Of a DNA stretch of 32,000 nucleotides, positions 1-6,414 are shown in pieces. Under the pieces are notes generated by a model. It was not told where the DNA came from. It made no database searches and worked only from the letters and a program-made list of their open reading frames with translations. Position numbers and translations under genes: made by a program. Source of the stretch: Gemmata obscuriglobus. GTDB taxonomy: Bacteria; Planctomycetota; Planctomycetia; Gemmatales; Gemmataceae. Location of the stretch: positions 330,001 to 362,000 of the forward strand of contig NZ_CP042911.1 of assembly GCF_008065095.1 (NCBI RefSeq), read 5' to 3'. The first letter of the stretch is position 1; each line of letters opens with the position of its first letter.

Positions 1-230
1 TCACGATCAAGTTTGCCAACACCGGCGCGAAGGCGATCGACGACGTGGTCATCAGCGACAGCCTGAGCCCGCGGCTGGAGTACGTGGCGGGCTCGGCGCA
101 GTCGGACCGGCCGTCGAACTTCGCGGCCGCGGACAACGACGCCGGCTCGGTGGTGGTGCGGTGGGATCTGCCGGGCACGTTGCTGCCGGGCCAGAGCGGC
201 ATGGTGAAGTTCCGGGCGAAGGTGCGCTGA
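1..230 (+). CDS. C-terminal end of a DUF11 / conserved-repeat-domain surface protein (5' end outside the window)
   Basis: Frame 3 is open from base 3. The translation TIKFANTGAKAIDDVVISDSLSPRLEYVAGSAQSD...VVVRWDLPGTLLPGQSGMVKFRAKVR has the DUF11 repeat pattern (I.D.L....YV.GS ... W.L..L.PG.S....F.A.V). TGA lies at 228-230. Confidence 0.7.
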   Translation, partial: TIKFANTGAKAIDDVVISDSLSPRLEYVAGSAQSDRPSNFAAADNDAGSVVVRWDLPGTLLPGQSGMVKFRAKVR

Positions 231-238
231 GCCGAAAC

Positions 239-272
239 GCCACCCGTGGGAAAAGGACGCCCTGCGGGTGGC
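239..272 (+). terminator. GC-rich hairpin just after the DUF11 stop codon
   Basis: GCCACCCG (239-246) pairs perfectly with CGGGTGGC (265-272), and a few more pairs are possible inside. There is no U-tract, which is common in high-GC genomes. Confidence 0.4.
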
Positions 273-417
273 GAGAGGGAGGCGGGCTCGGGTCACCAGC
301 CCACCGCCTCGTGGCAAGCCGCTGTGACTTTGCAGTACTGTGAGGCGGGTCTCGGCTTGGCTCTTGAGGCGCCACCGGTATCGTGACGGTGTGCCCCACC
401 ACGTCGGAGAACCGCGA

Positions 418-870
418 ATGACCGTCGCCGAGTTCCGCGCCGCGCTGCTTGCCAGTCCGGACCAACCGCTCCACCTGATGCTGCCCGACGGCGACTTCGT
501 TCCGGCGCACTTCCACGTCACCGAAGTCGGCCGGGTGCAAAAGGACTTCATCGACTGCGGCGGCACCACCCGCTCGGCGACGACGTGCCTGCTTCAGGTG
601 TGGGTCGCCAGTGATACGGGGCACCGCCTCACCGCGGCGAAGCTCGCCGGCATTCTGGCGCTCGCCGCCCCCCTGCTGAAGTCGGACGACTTGGCGGTGG
701 AGATCGAGTACGAGCGGGACGCGGTGTCGCAGTTCCCAGTTGCGGCAGCGGAACAGACCCCGATGGGAACGCTGTTCCATCTCGGGAGCAAACACACGGA
801 CTGCCTCGCACCGGACCGGTGCGGGGTGACCGGTTGCGCGCCTGCAACGGGCGGTGCTGCGTGCTGTTGA
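418..870 (+). CDS. DUF6428 family protein with a Cys-rich C-terminal tail
   Basis: MTVAEFRAALL...LHLMLPDGDFVPAHFHVTEVGRVQKDFIDCGGTTR...LQVW...HRL...AVEIEYE...HTDCLAPDRCG matches the DUF6428 pattern I remember (PDG.FVP.HFHVTEVG...K.FIDCGGT.R). I chose the ATG at 418 rather than the track start at 340, because the extension is Arg-rich with no match. Confidence 0.75.
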   Translation: MTVAEFRAALLASPDQPLHLMLPDGDFVPAHFHVTEVGRVQKDFIDCGGTTRSATTCLLQVWVASDTGHRLTAAKLAGILALAAPLLKSDDLAVEIEYERDAVSQFPVAAAEQTPMGTLFHLGSKHTDCLAPDRCGVTGCAPATGGAACC

Positions 871-919
871 GATTGCGGTAGCGTCCTGCCTGCAAACGTT
901 GTGCGATCGCGGGCGCCAA

Positions 920-1087
920 CCACTCGTTTAATGGCCGCCCGTAACCGGTCCCGGGTTCGTGCTCGCACGCGCCCGCCATCGACGCACACTTGCATGCCTT
1001 CTTTGGATCACGCACGTCTCCGCACAGGGGTTCATGTTTGTAGTGGGCGTAATTGCGCTGTGTCCCAGGGGTTCCACGAATTCGCAA
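920..1087 (-). pseudogene. Diverged comM-like fragment (copy B); boundaries approximate
   Basis: The minus-strand translation NYAHYKHEPLCGDVRDPKKACKCASMAG...GRPLNEW parallels ComM ANFVLCAAMNPCPCGFMGDPKKPCKCAPMAV...GPLLDRI. At the nucleotide level 975-1036 aligns by eye with comM 2129-2194. The piece has no start context and does not continue as ComM on either side. Confidence 0.5.
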
Positions 1088-1090
1088 GCT

Positions 1091-1500
1091 CTTTACGCCA
1101 GCAGGTTAGTATTTGTAGAAAATCGGCCACCGGTATTCTGCTCAGGGTTTCAGGAGTCAGCTCACTGAATGAATCGTAGGCTGTAACAAGCGAAGTGAGA
1201 GGGGCATAAAATGCAACTATATCGTCGCAATTATATGATCATTCTGATTTTTCATCAATACCTTCGTTAACGTGGTCGATTACGTCATCGACAATCGAGA
1301 TTGCCCTGCAATTATTAACAAACGACTCAATCCAGAGAAACTCGTCCCTCGGCTCGATACAGACACGTAGTCGCTTGATTCGAACAGCACCGCAGATTGT
1401 AAATCGAGTTGGCTTCACAAATCGGCCTCACAGATGAACCAAGTCGAAAGTCCCAGCAGGGAAGATTTTTTATTAATCCTGATAATACCCCTTGAGCGGC
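1091..1500. other. Low-GC islet, possibly a remnant of foreign or integrated DNA
   Basis: A hand count of 1081-1500 gives 188 G+C of 420 nt (about 45%), against 42 of 60 (70%) in the next line, 1561-1620. The islet is flanked by the two comM-derived fragments. Confidence 0.5.
1239..1418 (-). CDS. Hypothetical 59-aa protein inside the low-GC islet
   Basis: It lies just below the 60-aa cut-off of the ORF track. It has a GTG start preceded by GAGG with a 7-nt spacer and an in-frame upstream TGA. The translation is VKPTRFTICGAVRIKRLRVCIEPRDEFLWIESFVNNCRAISIVDDVIDHVNEGIDEKSE. I recognise no family, though an open frame of this length is notable in AT-rich DNA. Confidence 0.3.
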   Translation of the reverse strand: MKPTRFTICGAVRIKRLRVCIEPRDEFLWIESFVNNCRAISIVDDVIDHVNEGIDEKSE

Positions 1501-1537
1501 CCGCCGGAACAGCCCTCACGCACCTACACGTTTAAGT

Positions 1538-1631
1538 CACTTGCGTTCGCCCATGAGCCCGCACGGGAAACGGGTTCATCGCCGCGCAGAGGACGAAGCC
1601 CGCCGGGAACGCGGTGCTGTGAGCCGCGCGG
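1538..1631 (-). pseudogene. comM-derived fragment (copy A)
   Basis: 1538-1631 aligns by eye with comM 2141-2245, with about 8 mismatches, a 12-nt deletion and a 1-nt insertion. It has the same orientation as comM and lies 70 nt beyond the comM stop codon. Confidence 0.7.
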
Positions 1632-1701
1632 GGCGGCTCGTCGTGGTGGGCTCGGTGGGTGTCGCTTTCAGGCGATTGTCGGGTTCGCATTTGGGCGCCG
1701 G

Positions 1702-3240
1702 TTATCGTTCCCAGAGTTTGCGGTCGAGGGCGCGGAACCCGATGGCCTCGGCGACGTGGTCCTGGCCGATGCGGTCGCTGCCGGCCAGGTCGGCGATCGT
1801 GCGCGCCACCCGCAGGATGCGGTCGTGCGCCCGGGCCGACAGCCCCAGCGCGTCCATCGCCTCCTTGAGCGTGGCCTGACCGTCGGCGTCCAGTGCGCAG
1901 TGGGTGCGGATCTGCTTGGCGGTCATGCGCCCGTTCAGTCCGCCGGCGTTATCCCCGAACCGCGCCGCCTGCACCGCCCGGGCCGCGAACACCTGCTCGC
2001 GCATCGCCGCCGAACTGGTGCCGTCGCTCGGCTTGGACAGGTCTTCGAACGGGACTGGCGGCACCTCAATGTGCAGGTCGATGCGGTCCAGGAGGGGGCC
2101 GCTGATCCGCCCCATGTACTTCTCCACCGCCATCGGCGCGCACTTGCACGGCTTCTTCGGATCGCCCATGAACCCGCACGGGCACGGGTTCATCGCCGCG
2201 CACAGGACGAAGTTCGCCGGGAACGTGGTGCTATGGGCCGCGCGGCTGATGGTCACCCGCCCCTCTTCGAGCGGCTGCCGCAGCGCCTCCAGGCTATTGC
2301 GGTTGAACTCGGGCAGCTCGTCGAGGAACAGCACCCCGTGGTGCGCGAGTGAGATTTCGCCCGGCTGGGGCACGCTGCCGCCGCCGACCATGCCGGCGCT
2401 ACTGATCGAGTGGTGCGGGCTGCGGAACGGCCGGGTGCACAGAAGCGATTCGCCGGGGGCGAGCTTGCCGATCGCGGAGTAGATGCGGGTGGTTTCCAGG
2501 CTCTCGTCGGGCGTGAGCGGTGGGAGAATGGTGGGCAGCCGCCGCGCCAGCATCGTTTTGCCCGACCCGGGCGAGCCGAGCATCAGCACGTTGTGCGCGC
2601 CGGCGGCGGCCACCACCAGCGCGCGCTTCGCGAACTCCTGCCCCTTCACGTCCGCGAAGTCGATGGCGTACTTGTTGAGCTTCCCCTCAATGTCCTCGAC
2701 GGGTGGCGAGAACGGGTCCAGCGGCGCCTGCCCGGTCAGGATGCCGACGGCTTCCGCCAGCGACCCGACCCCGTACACCTCGATCTCGCGCACCACCGAC
2801 GCCTCGCGGGCGTTGCCCGCCGGCACGATCAGCCGGGAGAGCCCGCGCGACCGGGCCTCCATCGCCATCGACAGCACGCCGGCCACCGGGCGCACCATGC
2901 CGTCGAGCGCGAGTTCGCCCACCAGCGCGTACGTTTCCAATTGTTCGGCCGCGATCTGGCCCATCGAAGCGAGCAGCCCGAGAGCGATGGGCAGGTCGAA
3001 CGCGCCCGCGTCCTTGCGGAGGTCCGCCGGGGCGAGGTTGATGACCGTGCGGCCGGTCGGGAGCCGGTACCCGAGGTTCACCAGCGCCCGCTCGATGCGG
3101 TGGACGCTCTCGCGCACCGCGGCCTCGGGGAGCCCGACGAGCACGGTTCGCGGCTGCTGGGCCGGCGAGGTGTCGACTTCGACTTGTACCGGAACGGCGT
3201 CGATGCCGAGCAGGGCGAAGGTGTTCAGTTGGGCGAGCAT
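1702..3240 (-). CDS. comM: Mg-chelatase-like ATPase ComM/YifB
   Basis: The N-terminus MLAQLNTFALLGIDAVPVQVEVD is typical of the family. Other family motifs are Walker A GSPGSGKTMLA, HHGVLFLDELPEF, ISRAAHSTTFPANFVLCAAMNPCPCG and C-terminal LSARAHDRILRVARTIADL. I chose the ATG at 3240 rather than the track start at 3327. Confidence 0.9.
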   Translation of the reverse strand: MLAQLNTFALLGIDAVPVQVEVDTSPAQQPRTVLVGLPEAAVRESVHRIERALVNLGYRLPTGRTVINLAPADLRKDAGAFDLPIALGLLASMGQIAAEQLETYALVGELALDGMVRPVAGVLSMAMEARSRGLSRLIVPAGNAREASVVREIEVYGVGSLAEAVGILTGQAPLDPFSPPVEDIEGKLNKYAIDFADVKGQEFAKRALVVAAAGAHNVLMLGSPGSGKTMLARRLPTILPPLTPDESLETTRIYSAIGKLAPGESLLCTRPFRSPHHSISSAGMVGGGSVPQPGEISLAHHGVLFLDELPEFNRNSLEALRQPLEEGRVTISRAAHSTTFPANFVLCAAMNPCPCGFMGDPKKPCKCAPMAVEKYMGRISGPLLDRIDLHIEVPPVPFEDLSKPSDGTSSAAMREQVFAARAVQAARFGDNAGGLNGRMTAKQIRTHCALDADGQATLKEAMDALGLSARAHDRILRVARTIADLAGSDRIGQDHVAEAIGFRALDRKLWER

Positions 3241-3340
3241 GGGGCACCTCGGGCGGACGGTCGCCGGGGCGGGCGCGCAACGTGCGCAACACCCGCCCCC
3301 ATGTTCTGTATTCTGCCCGCCGTTCACCGCCCAGCGCCCG

Positions 3341-4069
3341 CTACTTCTTCACCTTCTCCAGCGGCTTGTTGTCGATCGCCAGTCGTTTGACGGCGAACCG
3401 GCCGGTCCGGAGCATCGGCATGATCGTCGCCGCCCAGATCAGCACGATGAACGCGCCGGGCTTCACCATCATCGCCTTCCGGGACGGGTCCGTCGGGTCG
3501 GGCTGCTCCGACTCCAGGAACGTGCCGGTCATCCACTCGCGCATGTTCAGCAGGCAGATGATGTCGAGCACGATCAGGCCGACGCAGATCACGAGCGCGA
3601 TGACCCCGGGGCCGAGGTGGTTCATCCAGTCGCTCGCGTCGGGCGCCCACACCTTCTTCTGCTCGGCCCGCGTGCGGGTCACGTTGTTGAACCCGCAGTG
3701 CAGACACACGACCGCGTCCGGCGGGTCCAGCTCTTGGGCGCAGAACGGGCACCGGGGCACGTCCTCCTCCGCGATCAGTCCCATCGCTTTGGGCTTGGCC
3801 CCGCCGTCCCCGTCGTCATCGTCGTCCTGAAACTTGTACGGGGCGCTCGCCGGCGCCGGCTCCTCTTTCTTGGGCTCGGGTTTTGCCGCCGCCTTCGGCG
3901 ACTTCGGCGCCGCATTGGGCTTGGACGGCCCGCCCCCCTTCGCGGCCCGCACCTCCGCGACGAACGCGTGCCCGCACTGCTTGCACTTGATTTTCTTGCC
4001 GAGAACCGCTTCCGGCACCTTGAGGGTCAGGTCGCAACTCGGGCACGCGATCTCGTTAACGGTCGCCAT
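3341..4069 (-). CDS. Double zinc-ribbon membrane protein (hypothetical)
   Basis: MATVNEIACPSCDLTLKV...KCKQCGH forms one CxxC...CxxC ribbon, followed by a Lys/Pro/Ala linker and a poly-Asp run. A second ribbon is CPFC...CLHC, followed by two hydrophobic helices (GPGVIALVICVGLIVLDIICLL and GAFIVLIWAATIMPML). I chose the ATG at 4069. Confidence 0.7.
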   Translation of the reverse strand: MATVNEIACPSCDLTLKVPEAVLGKKIKCKQCGHAFVAEVRAAKGGGPSKPNAAPKSPKAAAKPEPKKEEPAPASAPYKFQDDDDDGDGGAKPKAMGLIAEEDVPRCPFCAQELDPPDAVVCLHCGFNNVTRTRAEQKKVWAPDASDWMNHLGPGVIALVICVGLIVLDIICLLNMREWMTGTFLESEQPDPTDPSRKAMMVKPGAFIVLIWAATIMPMLRTGRFAVKRLAIDNKPLEKVKK

Positions 4070-4256
4070 AAGGTCGATCCCTTTCGGGGCGCTACGCGAG
4101 TCGTGGTTCACCTTTTTCCGGCGCATCAATGGCAAAAACCCGGCCGGACCGGGCATAAAACCAGACGCATCGGGATCAGTATCCTAGAAAATAGCGTATC
4201 CGCGCGGCACTTCACCAGGGGTCCTGCCCGGATTCGGTGCCGCCAACCGGAGGCAG

Positions 4257-5129
4257 GTGACCGTCGTGCCGCAAGCCACTCTCGAGCCCCCCGTGATTTC
4301 CGCGCTCACGCCCGACGAGTCTTTTCCGGGGCCGGTGGCTCCTGAGACGCCCCCTCCCCGGGCCGTGCGTCTCGACGCGGGACCGGCCCGGCGGCCGGGG
4401 GAACCGAAACTGCTCATTTCGCTCGCGACTTACAACGAGGCGGGGAACGTCGAGGCCCTGATTGCGGAGATCCACAAGGTCGCCCCGCACGCGGACGTGC
4501 TCGTCATCGACGACAACTCGCCCGACGGCACCGGTCAGATCGCGGCCCGGCTCGCGGAGACCGACCCGCGGGTGCAGGTGCTCCACCGGCCCGGGAAGTT
4601 GGGGCTCGGCACCGCGACACTGGCCGCGATGAAGTTCGCGATGGCCCGCGACTACGATTTCCTGCTGAACATGGACGCGGACTTCAGCCACCCGCCGCGG
4701 TACCTGCCCGGCATCCTCGCCGGGATGAGCAAGCACGACCTCATGATCGGCTCGCGGTACACCCGCGGCGGCGCGACCGAGAACTGGCCGCTGACCCGCC
4801 GGCTCATCAGCCAGAGCGTGAACATGCTGGTGCGGCTCACGTTCCGGATGCCGGTGAAGGACGCCAGCGGCGCGTTCCGGTGCTACCGCGTCAGCATGCT
4901 GCGCAACGCCGAACTGGATCGCGTGCGGTCCCGCGGGTACTCGTTCCAGCAGGAAGTGCTGTTCCGGTGCCACAAGTCCGGGGCCAAACTGGGCGAGTAC
5001 CCGATTCTGTTCGAGAACCGCCGGGCGGGCGTGAGTAAGGTGAACAAGGCGGAAGCGGTCCGCTCGATCAGCATGATCCTCTACATTGGGCTGCGGAACG
5101 TCTTCGGCCTCGAACAGCGGCGGGGCTGA
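4257..5129 (+). CDS. GT2 polyprenol/dolichol-phosphate mannose synthase-like glycosyltransferase
   Basis: The translation contains SLATYNEAGNV, VLVIDDNSPDGT, GLGTA, NMDADFSHPP (DxD) and GYSFQQE...VSK. GGAGG lies 5-9 nt before the GTG at 4257. The roughly 50-aa Pro-rich N-terminus means a later start is possible. Confidence 0.85.
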   Translation: MTVVPQATLEPPVISALTPDESFPGPVAPETPPPRAVRLDAGPARRPGEPKLLISLATYNEAGNVEALIAEIHKVAPHADVLVIDDNSPDGTGQIAARLAETDPRVQVLHRPGKLGLGTATLAAMKFAMARDYDFLLNMDADFSHPPRYLPGILAGMSKHDLMIGSRYTRGGATENWPLTRRLISQSVNMLVRLTFRMPVKDASGAFRCYRVSMLRNAELDRVRSRGYSFQQEVLFRCHKSGAKLGEYPILFENRRAGVSKVNKAEAVRSISMILYIGLRNVFGLEQRRG

Positions 5130-5357
5130 GCCCCGCACGCGACCTTTTCCGGACCGGGCCTCTGTCATCCACCTTTGCGCCAGCTCGGCATTTTGTCGAC
5201 TCGCCGGCGCATCACGTCATTAATTTGTCGTTCGCCGGACGCGGGGCACGTCTTACCGGACGTGAAGTATCACCCTCCCCAACTATCTGTGAGGTGGGCC
5301 GGCACTGAGCTTGTGATGCGAGCAACAAAATAAGCGTGGGGGCGGGCCAGGACGGAC

Positions 5358-5912
5358 TTGCCCACGCCGGAGCATTACGCTATCAACTTTGCATCGCAAA
5401 GGAGATTGGCGTTGCGTGTCGTGATCCTGGTTGCGGGCTGTGTTTGGGTTGCCGTGGCTCTCGCCGGCGTGAGTAACACGCACACGAGTATGGACCTCGG
5501 CTTCGCACTTCTATTCACGGGCTTCGCTCTTACGGTCGCCTGGGGGGCCGTAACGCTCCGCTCACAGGTCCGCCGCGGGCGGGTGTGGTGGTCGCTTCCG
5601 CCCGCCGTCCTTGTAGTGGCAGTGCTGGCCATGACCGAATGGGGGCTCGTCGCACGCGTCTGGTTGAGTGAGGCGCCGCTCCGCGCTCGCGCTGAGGCGG
5701 CGCGGCGGGGTGAGGTGGATCATCGGTCGGGACGGACCGGATTGTTCTTCATACAGGGGGTAGAGGAAGGCCGGTCGGAGGTTCGCTTCGTTACCGGCAG
5801 TGAGATGTTGGACACCGTCGGGTTGGCCCACCGGGAAGTCCCGCCCGGTCCGGGCGAGCGACACTATCGACACCTTTTCGGACCGTGGTATCGGTTCGTG
5901 CGTCCGTACTGA
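5358..5912 (+). CDS. Hypothetical membrane protein (three predicted TM helices plus a soluble tail)
   Basis: The hydrophobic stretches are VVILVAGCVWVAVALAGV, LGFALLFTGFALTVAWGAVTL and LPPAVLVVAVLAMTEWGLV. The start is TTG and uncertain. Many T-ending codons make codon usage look atypical for this window. Confidence 0.5.
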   Translation: MPTPEHYAINFASQRRLALRVVILVAGCVWVAVALAGVSNTHTSMDLGFALLFTGFALTVAWGAVTLRSQVRRGRVWWSLPPAVLVVAVLAMTEWGLVARVWLSEAPLRARAEAARRGEVDHRSGRTGLFFIQGVEEGRSEVRFVTGSEMLDTVGLAHREVPPGPGERHYRHLFGPWYRFVRPY

Positions 5913-6364
5913 CATACAACGCCGTGGGTGCCCACTTCTGGACCGGCTTCGGCGCCCCGGCTGGCGGGGCGACATCTTGGCAGGAGCGGTGCCACATCTC
6001 TCGCCCTTTGGCGGTCGCGGCGTGTCCAGACAAGCGCCGCAACCACTCAGGTCCGGGCGATGTTAGCTCCTGACAGATTGGGCAAACGTCCCAACCGGCC
6101 ACTAAGGCGATAAGTATCTTACAAGGCAAAACGTTACGACTCACAAGGTGCTGTTTAGCCGACTTCAGATCTCGGCGTTGCCGCGTTACTCGCTCACGTG
6201 TTGCTCATCCGCCCAGCCTGTGCGCAAGAAGAGAAGACCTTGTGCGCACCGCGTGCAGGATTTGTAAATTTCCTCAACGCGTTTTCCAGCAATGCCTTAC
6301 TGCGCTCCGAGCCCATTTTTCATGCTCGTGAGGAACAAAAATATGAGCCGCGTCGATCTCACGC

Positions 6365-6390
6365 GGAACTATTGAAGGTAATCGATCGTT
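6365..6390 (+). promoter_or_regulatory. ECF-type promoter candidate GGAAC-N17-CGTT
   Basis: GGAAC lies at 6365-6369 and CGTT at 6387-6390, which is 24 nt before the ATG of the ECF-WD40 gene. ECF sigma factors commonly autoregulate from GGAAC/CGT-type promoters. Confidence 0.35.
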
Positions 6391-6414
6391 CATCGACGGC
6401 CGGCCGAGGGCACG

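Noticed and set aside
975-2245. comM segment copies as a diversity-generating retroelement template/variable repeat pair
   Set aside because: No reverse transcriptase gene is nearby. The mismatches between copies are of all types (G/A, A/C, G/C, CC/TT, C/T) rather than adenine-specific, and indels are present.
2410-4345. 326-aa and 620-aa plus-strand ORFs
   Set aside because: They are antisense to comM and the zinc-ribbon gene, and their translations are Arg/Ser/Pro-rich with no motifs.
5791-6144. 117-aa minus-strand ORF and several 60-90-aa ORFs in the 5800-6150 region
   Set aside because: They overlap one another and the 3' end of the 5358-5912 gene. They have no SD or start context and no recognisable sequence features.
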